Assembly: GCA_010015585.1 (NCBI GenBank)
Contig: ML975150.1
Direction: 5' to 3' (one strand)
Length of the DNA: 64,000 nt
From: Eremomyces bilateralis CBS 781.70
Lineage: Eukaryota
Positions within the stretch are counted from its first letter, which is position 1; each line of letters starts with the position of its first letter. The position numbers and the translations under genes are program-made. The notes beneath the pieces are model-generated. The model had not been told where the DNA came from. It saw only the letters and a list, made by a program, of their open reading frames with translations, and searched no databases. Shown here one piece after another: positions 51,101-64,000 of the stretch.

Positions 51101-52441
51101 AGGGAATGTGATGTATGGGCCATCACAAAGAAACAGTTGTGGACTCAACAATTCTATCGATACAGCGGCATCCAATATCTATTTGGCCGAGTGCATACAA
51201 ACCCTGGTGATTTACGGTCTGGACTGCGGTACTCTGCAGGATTTGACAAAGACCACTCAATCACCCAGTTGCTAAACGCTACCTAATGACAACCATGAAG
51301 GTTTCAACTTTCTAAGGAAAGCTCCATCAACAAGGCCTTGGCAGTTGGCAAACACCCCACACCACCTCAATCAGTTGTGAACACAACAAAAGAAGTACTT
51401 AAAGAATACAGAACGATAGATCACCTGCCAAGTGCTGGCGCTGGTCACTAAGGGTTCAAGGACGTCGTCAAAGTCCAACAGTATTCTTAAAAGCTCGATC
51501 CTTCCACCGGAACGGTCGGCTGCCAGGAGATTTCATGGCTTATGTTGTATATCCAGCCCGTCCTCTTCTTGGCCAGCTGGTGGTGAACTGTATGTTTCTG
51601 GAAGATTATGCGGCTACTGGCTGCAGGATTCTTGCTTGCATCAGAAGTACACAGCACCATAGCTGCAGGCCATGCCCCAACAAAGCCTCTTGCTAGGCTT
51701 ACTGGCTATAAACTCCTAAGCCAGCAAGATACTGAGATCGAGATGTGCACTCATGGAGTCGTGGGCAGACTCAACAGGGCAAACCTCGACTGCGGAGTCG
51801 CGGGATGCCCCCGCCCGACCATGACATGGGTCTCCTACATAACCTGCAGTCTTTCATTCCATCATTCATTGATGAGGGGTGAGGGCAGCAAAATTGGGGG
51901 AAGACGGAAATACCACACGCTGCCCAAAGCACACCCAATGAGGATGTCCGTCGAACTTTCTGGGGTGATGGTCATCTTGGGGATACGCCCACTCTCTTTC
52001 TTTGCATTAATTCTCCATCCTCCTGCCTTACTGGTGGCATAGGAGTGCTTCTCTCGTTCTCCATTTATACGTAAGCCCTCATCTGGCATTATAATCCATT
52101 CTTTCCCCTCGCCAGCTACACGGCCCCGCCCGCCAACGTTGTACAGAACCTGTCTCGGTGCAAAGTGCGTTGGCTTCTAGCGCATTCGTAATCCACACGC
52201 GATACCCGTACTCTGGGAACTGTATCTCAGCTGAGAAGTTTGGTGTACAGTGCTATCCCTTCCGTCTCGTCTTGAAATCCCTCTCGTCTCCATCATTTTT
52301 ATGTCTGCTGTCCCGAGCCAAATATCGAGATACGTCCTCCTGAACCACCGTTCTAAGAACATCATTCCGTTCTCCAATGCTTCTACCCGACTATCGTCAG
52401 CCGCTCTCTAGGCTGTGATCCTCGTGCCCGGAAATTGAACA

Positions 52442-54297
52442 ATGGCTACAGGCATTTTGTTCGGGCCGGTGCAATCGGTACCTATTGTCCACTCCACTGG
52501 TACCTTGAGTTCCAGTTCATCCCCTCCTTCAACTGCGACATCGAGCGAGTCACCGACAACGGCTGTGTCCTTCACATTCAGCCCGCGATATGCATTCGAC
52601 CTCGCAGTCGATGACAGAATCCCGAAAGTAGAGGAAATAGAGGAAGATCTGCTCAAGAATGGGAAAATGGATACTTTGCCGGAAGTGGAGGACACTTCGC
52701 TTTCAGAAGAGTTGGTCGTTCAGAAGAGACCGAGGGGTCGACCAAGGAAACATCCCAAGGATTCCCCAACGGTTCTTCTAAAACCATCGAAAGGAAGGTC
52801 AAAGACTGGGTGCATAACATGCAGGCGACGGAAGAAGAAATGTGACGAAACGAAACCCGAATGTAGGCTCTTCCATACGCTACCACTCGTTTGAAGCGGG
52901 CCTTCTTATATGTCGCATACTACAAACCGAGCGGACTTGATACTGACGTTCGGGATAGGCAATCATTGCATAAAAAACAATGTCACATGCGAAGGGTACC
53001 CACCTCGAGATTACTGGCAAAGTGGGAGGCAGAGGCTCATGAAAGGTTCGTGGGAAGCGCACCATCTCGCGAGTCGGTATGCTAACTCAACTCTGTAGTA
53101 GCTCGACGGAACAGCCATGAGAGTCCTCGAACTCTCCCCACTCTCATAGATGGCGTCGAAAATGATATGGATTGGCTCCTGCTGAACCACTTTCAACTTG
53201 GAGTGAGCAAAGTTCTCAGCCTATGTATGGAGAGAAACAATCCGTTCAAGGAGCTTTTCATGCCAATGGCAATGCAGCATAAGGGTCTCATGCATTCTCT
53301 TCTCTGCCTCGCTGGAACTCATCTTATCACCAAGGATAAGGAGGCGAACTTGGTCGCCTATCAAGAAAGGCAGTCGCACCACTACTCGCTAGCTCTGCAA
53401 ATATTACGGACAGATACAAACCTAGCGAACGCCCGAGGAGGAGATCAAAAGGTCATCATCGATGATCCCACGACCGCACAAACCGTTCTTCTCTGTTTGA
53501 ACACCATCACAGCTGGGGATGTTTCTGGGGAGTATCGGACTCACATGGACATCGCCAGGTTTGCTATGCAGCGTAGCAACGCCTACAACAATGACTTCCG
53601 GGGTTTTATTTACGAGTTTTTCGTCTACCACGACGTCTCAAACTCCATTACCGCAGTGGATCGTCCGAATATCCTCATGTCCGAGGACTTCCAGCTTCCG
53701 GAATACATGATGCAACAACCTGCGCTCGGAAACTTCCTCGGAGTTATGGATGGTCTGTTTTTGTGTATGTCCCGGATTCGGAGCCTACGCGACCGAGTTC
53801 GTGCGCGAAGTCAATCGGGCGAGAAGCCAGTGGTCGACTTCCAGATCCTTTCCGAAGCGCAAGGAATCGACCAGGAGCTCCGGGATTGGACGAGTACGCA
53901 GCCACTGGATTCACCTCGCTGGACACTATCAATGCTTTACCGGCAATGTACCTGGATTTATCTGCACCGGACCATTCTACCATCAGTACCGAACGCCCAA
54001 CTCAGCATGGCGGTTGAAGAAGGCCTGGCGTTTTTGCGCCATCTGCCGTCAGATTCATCCACCCAAAGCCTAGTGTTAATGCCGCTTTTCCTACTCGGCT
54101 GTGCCGCATTCGACGAGACTCAACGGCCTACCATTTGCGAGGCGTTTGATAACTTGATGACCTTCTCCAGCTTAGGCAACATTGTCCATGCTCGGAAGAT
54201 CCTAGGAGAGGTCTGGCGTAGGATGGACGCAGGACTTGATTCATGGGATTGGGAGTCAATCATCCAAGAGATGGGTTTGGATTTCTTAATCACTTAA
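52442..54297 (+). CDS. Zn(II)2Cys6 transcription factor with AT-hook and fungal-specific TF domain (ACR-2-like)
   Basis: AT-hook KRPRGRPRK, then RSKTGCITCRRRKKKCDETKPEC|NHCIKNNVTCEGY (intron 52863-52958), intron 53046-53098 and a C-terminal Fungal_trans_2-like domain (NPFKELFMPMA..EFFVYHDVSNSIT..MPLFLLGCAAF). Confidence 0.85.
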
Positions 54298-56903
54298 GCA
54301 TCTTGTGGAACGAGTTTCTTTGAGGTCATCAAAATTATTTGGTCACGGCTGCTTGGAGGGGGCTGGCCGTTTTGCTGCTGCCTTTCTGCAAAATTATTTC
54401 GCTATTGCGGTTTCTTATTCTTCATGACTTTTCTCCTTCAATGATGGTATAGCTATGTTGGTCTTGGTTTACTGGGAAAGGAGCGCCTGGAGTCTGAACT
54501 CATCGGGCGAGACAATGGAGGTATCTGGAGTTGGATGTCTCTCGCAGTACCATGGGAAAATGCTGCAACATTGGGACGGAGAAACCACTGCCATTTGGGC
54601 GGCCCACTGGCTTCCGAAGAATGATAAATATTCTTCTATTTCTATTTAACTGTTCTCACTTCGCTTTCACCATGATCTGCGTACTCCACTCACGGCTTTC
54701 CGGTGACTCTGCATAAGAGAGCATAACATGCCGACTTACTTGCGATCATCAACTTCCCTGCGTTGATCCACGATGACGAATACTATAGCAAATGAAAGAA
54801 TTTAGGCATATGCGATGCACTCATCTGTGGCAGCCCTTGGACCGGATTTTTGAGTAGACCACCCCATCCATGTCTTCTTCTCAACCAGTCTTATATTGGG
54901 GAACCCTAATTGATGATTCATTACGAGAATCTAGAGTACGTATTCCGGAGGTCTTATGAGGTCGATAATGAAATGGAATTCGGAGAGTCCTCGCGCTTTT
55001 TCCTCTGGAGGGTTCCCATAGATCTTATACCAGGCTTTAAACACTTCTTGTCGTCGAAGCATGACCAGCTTATGACACTGGTCATGACCGGAGGCCCGAG
55101 TCTCAGCCACTGAGTTGAGTAGGGCGCCCAGAGGTTCGCCATGGGTACAATAGCGCCAATTTAGCGGGCTGGTTATAGGCGGTATCAGTACTGGATACGG
55201 AGCAATACAGCTCCAATCCGCACGGCGATTGCAGCATTTATAAGCCCACTAGATATTGCACCTCCCTCATGTTTTCTTTCCTTCGCCTCCATCGAAGGCG
55301 CATGCTTTGAGGAAACTTACGTACCACTATGCTTCAGTTCTCGTCTTTCGACCAGATTCGGGATTTAGGGCCTCACAACCCGGCAGGCGTGGGATTGGTG
55401 CCACATGACCCCAGACTTTCCGGCTCACCCATACTCCCATGCGACTTAAAGCGAGCGTGGGGGTTCATTTTCTCACAGCCAAGTTCAGTTGTTGGCAGTA
55501 CAGACTGGAAGATGAATATCGTTGCCCCCCTCGACAAAATAATGGTTTTGACATCTCTTCCGAACGCCCAACACTGACCTCTTAATTGCTCATTTGCTCG
55601 TATAGGACCTCCTAGATTCTTACACAATAGAGACGAACATCCCGACAATCTGGAACCGATCCGAGTCCATGCATCATCACTCATCTAAACACGAGCCGCA
55701 GAGCTGATTTGCATGGCATTGCACAGCAGGACAGGGGGCATCTGAACGAGTCCTGATGTTCTCACTGCTTGGCAATGACGGTATCAACAGCGTTGAACTG
55801 CCATGATCAGGGACTTCAAGATGTCGTCAAGTAGGTATGGATACATCGGAGTTATCAAGTATAATGGGGGTTCAGAACTTCAAGGTTCCTATTTCTATAT
55901 TCTCTTCAGAAATACGGAGTATTCGACGTTAAAATTTCAAGCGAAACGACGCCAAGATCAGTTCGGAGATCATTCTCGCCGAACATCCGGTTGTGGCGTT
56001 CGTTTCATTTTCTGAATCATGAGGCGATTGAGGGGAAAGCCAAACCGTAAATCAGTCAGAACACCATTCTCCCGACACTCTAATTACCATCGGAATAGAC
56101 CCAGATTGGACGGATCATGGCCCTTGAATGGTGTTTAACCTGGCTCCGTGTTGATTCAGACATCCGACAAAATAATCCCGCTCCCCACAATCGAACAGTC
56201 ACTTACATTGTGCAGCTTTAGAGAGCTAGAGTGGGGATTTCCTCGACAGGACGAGTGACGGGATATCGTATCCTTCCAAGAAGCCGATCAGCAGTTTTTC
56301 ATTCCAGGAATATCCACATAGGAAATGAAGCACTTGATGCTACCCGATATAGAACTATAACACCAGAATATCCGACGGGGCGGATGCTTTCGTCATCTCT
56401 CCACAAATCGGTGGTCGATTGGAAGTTGAAAGTTCGCTAGGGGGTATTGCAACTCCAGCCAGTCAAGGACAAAAGTAGCCTGAAGCGCAATATTATCTAA
56501 AGGCCAATCACTTTCAGGCGATATAGGCCACAGTATATTTGTCTTTATACATATGCCTAAACGTCTACTCCACAAAGTGTATAGATAGTATGGCGTGTAA
56601 TGGTTTCATTAACTCCAACAGTCGTGGAGGTGGAGAATTGCAATATGGCAGCTCCTCGGCAAATATCGACAAACAGACGTCCGAAATGATCACGGATATC
56701 ATAGGTCCGCTATTAGCGTTCGCGTTGTAATTCTTCTCCTGCTTTGAAACTAGGCGCAGAGAATTGGATAGGAATCTGACCAAAAGAGCTTGGAATCTTG
56801 TCTTGATGGCCAATGGTTCTTATAAAGTCGGCAGACCACCACTGAACGTCTAATGGTCGGTTCGAGAAGTCCAGTATTTGGGAGCCGTATTCAGTCCGTC
56901 AAG

Positions 56904-58587
56904 ATGAAGGCCATCTATGTCGGGTCTGGCATTTCTCTTGTGGCTTCTGCATATGCAGCGTTCGGTATTTAGAGCACCAATACTGCCTTAGTCGTTGATA
57001 CAGGAGCCAATGTGGTGTTCACAGTTAATAAAAGGAACTGTGATATCACATCCTTGAAGTTCCAAGGCAAGGAGCTCCAATGGAACTCGAAAGGATCGCA
57101 CATCGCTTCGGGCCTTGGGAGCGCGACTGTGTCGGCTAAGGTATCCGGTGAGGAATTCTTGCAGATGGACACATTTGCCGTTTCCTATTGACATATGTAG
57201 AGAGCTCCGCGATGGTCACTTTGCGTGGCAGGTTCCTTGACGCAGTATCTCATTGCCAGGTCTGGAAATCCAGTGATTTATATGGCTACGCACATCACCG
57301 CCCCACATTCGGTTGGCGAATTACGATTCATTGCCCGCATCCGGTCGAACGAGATGCCCAACTCGATGCCTCTTGGAGACGTATCGAAGACTAGCGGCGG
57401 TTCGGCAATCGAGGGAAATGATGTCTTCCTTGTTAATGGACAGACCCGACCGAAGTTCTATTCTAGTGAGCGGTTCATCGATGATAAAGTCCATTGCATT
57501 GGAGGAAGTGGACGAGCGGCTTGCATGGTCATACTCAACTACGAGACTGCGCCCGGAGGTCCGTTCATGAGAGATATCAACACCAATAATGGCGGCGAGA
57601 GCAATGACCTCTACTTCTATATGAACTCGGGTCATCTTAGGACTGAGGACTGGTGTATGGGATTGCATGGGCCTTATGCGATACACTTTACCGGAGGAAG
57701 TATATCTGACGGCAACCTCGACACTTCCTTCTTCAAAGATCTTGGTATCCGCGGATACGTGCCGGACTCTGCACGAGGTTCCATGTCTGACCAGGTCTCG
57801 GGCGTTGAAGCTGGGAAGCAAGCTGTCGTTCATTTCAAGAACAAGGAGGCGCAATATTGGGCTCGCGCCGACGATACCGGGAATTATAAGACGCCTCTGA
57901 TGAAACCCGGGTCGTACGAAATGACCCTCTATCAGGGCGAGTTCCCCATCGGCAAATCGAACGTGCAGGTCAACCAAGGGACCATCACAGCGAAAAACCT
58001 GGCGGGGACGTCTCTGTCGAGCGGCACCTTTTGGCGAATTGGCGATTGGGATGGTCAGCCCACCGGATTCCAAAATGCCGACAAGTTCCACCGCATGCAC
58101 CCAACTGACCGTCGCATGACGTCCTGGGGCCGGTTGACTTACACTGTAGGTTCGAGCACTCTTGGCAATGTTCCGATGGCCCTGGTCAAGGGGAAGAATG
58201 ACCCCTTTACCATCGTCTTCAACTTGGATGCCAATCAAGCCAAAGCGGCAACCCTTCGGATTGGAACCACACTTTCCTTCGCTGGTGGACGACCGCAAAC
58301 GAATGTGAATAATTGGGCAGGACCTGCCCCATCTCAACCTACCAAGATTGACTCTCGAGGGCTGACAAGGGGAGGATATCGCGGACATGGTGAGGTGTAT
58401 ACTTTAAATATTCCTGCCGGTACACTGGTTACGGAGAAGAATACCATAACCATTAACGTCTTGTCTAGCTCTTCAGGGACAGACTTCCTTGCGCCCAACT
58501 TTGTAAGCAACCTCTGTTTATGCTAAACTGACTTGACGATGACTAACATCTACTCAGATATTGGACGCGATTGAACTGTCCCAGTGA
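56904..58587 (+). pseudogene. Rhamnogalacturonan endolyase (PL4, RhgB-type), disrupted
   Basis: Signal peptide plus AFGI, then an in-frame TAG at 56970-56972. It continues VVDTGA..CDITSLKF..SHIASGLGSATVSA, with intron 57148-57200 and a probable 1-nt insertion near 57220. Further motifs: KFYSSERFIDD, GGPFMRDIN, YMNSGH, GLHGPY, IGDWDGQPTGF, RMHP and TLSFAGGRPQ. Last intron 58503-58557. Confidence 0.85.
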
Positions 58588-60313
58588 TTCTAGGCACATT
58601 AAGTATTAGGATTAGAGGATATGAGTCTTTATAGTTCATAACTGAACAATTTTAGTCAATCAAGACATATGCGCGGGCCCGCCACTAACGAAATGCATTT
58701 GAATCAGCGACGACTCGCAAGGAAAGATTTCATATTTGACCCAATGCTCCAAAACTGATACAGGCTAGGCGTACGCGCAATAGAAGCATCCCATTATCCC
58801 CAGTCTATGCCATGGATCTCGTCTGGTGGTTGAACATGGCTAGACATGGCGGATGAGCCTATCCATCCATATCTTGTGCGCCTCATCATCGCCTGTGTAG
58901 TGAACTGTAGGAAGGCACCGCAACTGCACTTGAGCGACCCGCTGTTCGCAATATTAGCGCCATATTGTCACCGATCGAACAAACATATGTACGTAACTTA
59001 AATTGCCTCTTCTAGTTTATCCTTGGTCCCAACTTCAACCGGCCATCATCACTTTCGTTCAGTCGAATCAGTAGGCGATCGCTAGCATATCATAACTGAT
59101 CCTGTCATTACGTGCTTTCGGCATGCCCTCAACCTATCCTACTCCATATGCACCTGTCCACATTCGTCGTGCTTATCCTCGCTATATTAATGGCTTTAAT
59201 CCATCCCATCAACCCTTATCTCCTATCCCCACATTCCATATCGCCTTACGCAGGTCAACACCACCGCTGCATAAGAACACATAACTCCTCCCTTACACTT
59301 CGAAACTTCCTGTAGGTTCCAACATGCTCCACTACCAGCAGTGTATTCACCACTATGACACCACCACTACATCAACAGCACTGCGTCAAATACCACTGCT
59401 AACACGTCGATCACACTAACATCACCGCAGGTATTTCCGATGACACCTCCCACAAGTGTTCGCACAACAGGACTAGTAAATACTGCCCTGCCAACGACCA
59501 GGGACTATGGACAAACTCAGCAATTGGAACTGTGAGAACAGTTGCAGAAATCGGTTAGTAATTAGTGGTTGCATTACTAACGCTCTAGATCTTTGGGAGA
59601 TTCTCCTCTAGGTGAATGAGTATCTGGTTATTGAGACTTTCTCAGTATTCATAGCAGTCATACCGAATATCCTCGTTTCTAGTCTGCCTTTATAGTCAAT
59701 CAAGATGTGAAATTGGGAAGCACCCAAGTAAATTGGTGAGTACACGTCATCAAGGATTAATGGCAGTGGAGGACGACATGACCGAACCTATGTGCTTCTT
59801 TGCGACCGCAACATTGCCTCGTCCCAAATAAGTTTCTTTGTACATCATTGCAATTGAGCCTCGATGGGCATCCCCCATCACGCATTATAGCACGAGAAGA
59901 GCTAGGTATTACTTTATACGGAATATTCGCGACTCGAATTATGTCGATGGTACCTCCCAAATAGAAAGGGACACATAAATTGAATCGGACATTAGCGATT
60001 AACCGTTTAACTTGCAATGCCGAGCACGATTCGATCTTGGGGGTAATGTTGTTCACCAAGACGATGACATCGAAGTTGAAGCGTATGAGCATTATCTTGG
60101 GTATCCAGGGTATATTGACTAGGCGACACGCTATTATCCAAGTGAGAAACCCGGCCCGACAAAACGTGCCAATGCATTCTCTGCCGAGAGCCCGCCTCCA
60201 CCGCTCCTATACACGCACTACATTGTTTCCGTATGTCGCGCCATTACCGTTTTCTCCAATCGCACCACTGTCAGCGTCCCTACACAGAGGACTTTCCAGG
60301 AAGCACCGCCCAT

Positions 60314-61201
60314 TTACAACGCCGCCATGGCGCCAACGACAGCCAAGAACAGGCTTCCGGCACCGACGACGTAGCCCTTGACGGCCGCGCCAGTCGCGCT
60401 CGGAGCAGCACCGGTGCGGGACGGGGAGCTGGTCGGAGTGGGGGTGGTGCGGGCGGAGGTGGCAATGGTGGTCTGGGTGGTGGTGGAGTTCTTGGACGGG
60501 CCGGCGCTGCTGCTGGTAGAGTTGGAGGAGGCGCTGCTGGAGACGGTAGGCTTGGAGGTCGGCTCCAGGGTGCTGTTGCCGGAGCCGGAGGGCTTGCTGG
60601 AGCCGGAGGGCTTGCCCGTGGTGGGGCCGGAGACGCCGGGGTTGGAGACGCCGAATTGGGTGGAGTCTGGGTGGGTGGTTAGTTGGTTGCTGGGAGGGGG
60701 GAGGGGAGGTGAGCTGTACATTGATATTGGCCGGTGGAGTCGACGATCAGCTGGATGCCGTATCCGGTCACATCATCTTCCAAATCGGAGGCAGGAGTCC
60801 ACGAGTAGGAGCCGGTGTTGGGGGTGTTCTCGACGATGGGGTACAGCGGCTCGACGTTGGTAGACGGGCCACGGAGGAGAACCAGAGTCACGAAGCCAGG
60901 GGTAGTGGTGTCCCAGGTGATCTCGTACGGCTTGCCCGCATCAACCTGAACGTACTGTGTTAGGGATTGAACTGTATCTTCACCAGGGGCTTGCAAGATC
61001 TTACAATGTCGCCCAAGCCAGGCTTGAGGATGGGGTTGCCACTGGGCTCTCCAACCTGCGAAACCGTTAGTATCTTGTATTTCCTAGATTTCATTGTCGT
61101 GACAAATGCGATCTGGTGTTACATACCGGAGTGGTGTAGGCGCTGACCACGGCCGACAGGCCAGCGGTGAAGAGAGCGAAGACGGAGAAATCTGAACGCA
61201 T
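60314..61201 (-). CDS. GPI-anchored Ser/Thr-rich cell wall protein with Kre9/Knh1-like N-terminal domain
   Basis: Signal peptide MRSDFSVFALFTAGLSAVVSA, then GNPILKPGL..GKPYEITW..VTLVLLRGPSTN..NTGSYSWTP..QYQYSTQFGV, an S/T-rich stalk and a hydrophobic GPI signal. Introns 61056-61126, 60946-61004 and 60667-60719. Confidence 0.9.
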
Positions 61202-63039
61202 CTTGACTTTCGTGTTTGTTTGACGGGTATTACTCGACGATTGCGACGACTCAAAAACGAGAGCGGCGGGAAGATATTAAGTATCAAGAGAGACTCGGGG
61301 AACGCGACACGAGGTCAGAATGAGCGGCAGGTTGCAATAACAACAAGAAAATGCGGAATGTAGCGAACGACTGAATTGCTGGAATTGCTGATGGTGTGAT
61401 GAGAAAAAAAGAGAGAGAAGAAGCGTTGACAAGATTCGAAAAAGGCTGGTACACATCACGGGCAAGCCATTCTCAAGGCTGAGCGCACGGCTCGACCGCT
61501 CGAGATTGAGCTGGAAGCGTCAAGCGTCGAACGGCCGACGGGCGAGGCGATAGTGCATGGGCGAAATTCCTCATCGCAACATGGAGGTGACATGGGCTAT
61601 CACGAATTCACGATGGTGAAAGGCGCCAGTCGGCCGCCAGTCGGCCACCAGTCGACCACCAAAGGGGCTTCGCCTCTCCAGCCAAGGGAAGGGAGCCGAG
61701 GATCAGGGCCAATGGCAGTCGGAAACGGTGAAAGTCACCTGGGGAATGGAGGAGAGATACGATGGGTTCCTGCAGAGGAAATTGGCGTTGGCCTGAGCTT
61801 GGGATGAGTCGTGCCCAATAAGGCTTAGGGGATGGGTATTTTGGGCTCTGATTCGCCAATACATCAGGGAACCCCTTGAATATCGCCAGGGTTACTTAAT
61901 TTGCAACGGGGCGGAAGGAAGTCAATCCAGGAAGGCATTTCTCGGCTTCATTTCTTCGACTGCTCCAGGCTTCAAGTCTCATCCTCCTCAATTTCGCCAC
62001 CAACAGGCTTTGAACTTGGAGTCCCTGGCTACTACCTAATCTAAGCACCTTCTACTACCACCTTATCCTCGTCATATTGAACACTCTACTATTACCTAAA
62101 GCCTAAAGTCTATCTTCAAGTCTAACCGCTAATCACCCGCCGTCGATCTGCTTGCATAGAGAGTGGAGAAATTGCAGTCCCTCAAATTTTCCTTGGCAAG
62201 GTTGCGAATCCTTTGCAATTGGTGTGATCCGCGAGATTAAATAACGGTCGGCATTTTCACGTCCTGATACGGGGGACGACCAGTCAGCCTATTAATGGAA
62301 ACGGGAATTGCTGGAGAACATCTTCGCAGATCGTAACGGAAGCTGGAATGTAATTTTGGATCAAAAAGTAGTCAGCCAGCAGAGTATCATGTTGCTTAAA
62401 GACTCTTCTATAGATCAATCCTACCATATACGGTGAACCCTCAGCCAGCCAGCGACACGAACGCACTTCAGCTGAAGCAGCCCAAGCCAGGATGATCAGG
62501 CGCAACGCAACTGCATGTCAAAAAGTAGGTGTGCGAGCATCCAGTCCAACCGTCACGATAGGGGCATAATTCTTAGAGCGTGTGAATTTTTCACCGAAGC
62601 CCAATCATGGAGTTGACGTGTCTGGACTCGAGAATCTAGAGCGATCTGAATGTTCATGAGTCTTCCATTGATTTTTGCATATCCATACACACCATCCAGT
62701 CGCGAAAATGAAATATCGATACACATTCCCATCATCCCGATCGAATTCCAGTGGAAATCAGCTCCCTTGTCGCACCAGCATCCCTCGTGCCCGGCGAAGC
62801 CATATCCTACTCCCTACTCCCGAAATAGAGTTGTAAAAGTACACACCCTGAAGCAAATTCCATTGCAGGCGAAGACTCAAACGTGCCGCAATGCAGTCCC
62901 CTTCTTAGGGAGAAGCGGTCGCTTCCCTCGGTGGACGCTAAACCACGATTGTCAGCCTTAAAAGAAGAACAGACGCCTCCTATGATGGGATCATGGCGGA
63001 ACGTAGGATTGTTCGTTTGCGATCTTGTGCAATTGGAAC

Positions 63040-64000
63040 CTACACTCCCGCCGTCGCTGCCTCCGCCACTCCGTCCAGAACTTCATCGAATTCGTTCTGA
63101 TCGGGGTCGTTGGCGGCGGCCCCCCCCGTGGCGATCGAGTGGCTGACGGGCCCGAGGCGAGCTGTGTCGTCCTCTTCGCCCATGCCATCGACTTCGGGCC
63201 AGAACTGCTCTTCGAGCCAGCACACTTGACGGAACACTTGCTCGCAGCGATCCATCTCCTCCTTGCCGTTGGGGATGTTGGTGGAGTTGGCCAGGTCGTC
63301 CACGAGGGATCGGCAGGCGTCAACGAACTTGCTGAATGCAGGGGAGGTCCAGTTCGGGATGAGGTTCTGGTGCAAGGCCGCGATATGGCTCTCATTGGAT
63401 GGGGTGGAGAGGGTGGTGGTGAACTTGGCGGCATAGAGCCATGCCGTGCGGTAGCACTGTTCATCGTTAGAGTTGTAGTAGGGTAGGGGACCATCATGAC
63501 AATTACTTACATGCTCAGTAGCCCAGAGGACGACCATCCCTTCCAAAAGCGAGGCACTAGGGCTGCTCACGCTATTGAAAAGGTCGAGATATGCTCGAGT
63601 GACCACATTCGGCGGCTCATCCGCTAAATGGATGCTGTACTTGGTCGCCGTGATCTCGAAGAAAGTCATCTCGCGCCGGATGTTGTTCAGCGCGACGATC
63701 AGCAGATCCATCGTCCGATACAACAGATGGAACTGCGAGTTCGGCACGTGCGGCAGCCTCACCTTCGCGATCATCGCACCGATGAGCTGGATGTAGCCGC
63801 GCGTGTAATGTCCATCTTGCACCATCCATTGCGCCAGCGGAGCTGCCGCCAGCGTCCCGCATCCGGCGTGCGATAAGAACGGTGTTTCCGTTCCAGCCTG
63901 GAACGAGATGCGGTTGGAGTTGAGAAGGTGCTGGGTGATTGAAGGCATAGTCGGCGGCGGGACGGACGGCGGAGCGGCGGGCGCGGGCGCGATGGGTTGA
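63040..64000 (-). CDS. TenA/THI-4/PQQC (heme oxygenase-like helical) family protein, probably 5'-partial
   Basis: Motifs PFLSHAGCGTL..QWMVQDGHY, ALNNIRREMTFF, VVLWATEH|CYRTAW (intron 63457-63510), LIPNWTSPAFSKFV and LEEQFWP. The frame stays open upstream of ATG 63948 to the window edge (QPIAPAPAAPPSVPPPT). Confidence 0.8.
   Translation of the reverse strand, partial: QPIAPAPAAPPSVPPPTMPSITQHLLNSNRISFQAGTETPFLSHAGCGTLAAAPLAQWMVQDGHYTRGYIQLIGAMIAKVRLPHVPNSQFHLLYRTMDLLIVALNNIRREMTFFEITATKYSIHLADEPPNVVTRAYLDLFNSVSSPSASLLEGMVVLWATEHVSNCHDGPLPYYNSNDEQCYRTAWLYAAKFTTTLSTPSNESHIAALHQNLIPNWTSPAFSKFVDACRSLVDDLANSTNIPNGKEEMDRCEQVFRQVCWLEEQFWPEVDGMGEEDDTARLGPVSHSIATGGAAANDPDQNEFDEVLDGVAEAATAGV

Noticed and set aside
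48400..52400. Short ORFs between CFT2 and the Zn2Cys6 gene, including an F-box-like phrase (LPLRIWDAIIDHL) and 50279-50701
   Set aside because: I could not build a coherent gene model or recognise a domain; may be intergenic or heavily decayed sequence.
53096..53101. Tandem TAGTAG acceptor in the Zn2Cys6 gene
   Set aside because: Would change only one residue in a linker; common and probably neutral.

Overview
This is gene-dense eukaryotic DNA from a filamentous ascomycete (Pezizomycotina-type short GT-AG introns with CTRAC branch points). It is not prokaryotic, and I see no CRISPR array, rRNA or tRNA. About 25 mostly housekeeping genes could be modelled by hand: CIA84-like, NAF1, ALG9, DUF3445, EXO5, SAM synthetase, GFA/CENP-V, DUF1993, HOS2, YNG2, an aquaglyceroporin, HEM4, ERV1, ODC antizyme, MPE1, SPC34, RPN3, ISC1, SWD3/WDR5, a PPxY-rich orphan, CFT2, an ACR-2-like Zn2Cys6 factor, a Kre9/Knh1-like GPI protein and a TenA-like protein. 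The main highlight is an ornithine decarboxylase antizyme gene that the ORF track splits apart. It needs a +1 ribosomal frameshift at UCC-UGA, carries a ~130-nt nested 3' stem-loop, and has an intronic 11-nt perfect complement that can sequester the 5' splice site 10 nt after the shift site. Other highlights are a 424-bp TA-flanked fold-back MITE with Fot1/pogo-type termini, a recently inactivated PL4 rhamnogalacturonan lyase, and an aquaglyceroporin with SPG/NMA in place of both NPA boxes. All product calls come from recognising motifs by eye; no database search was run.
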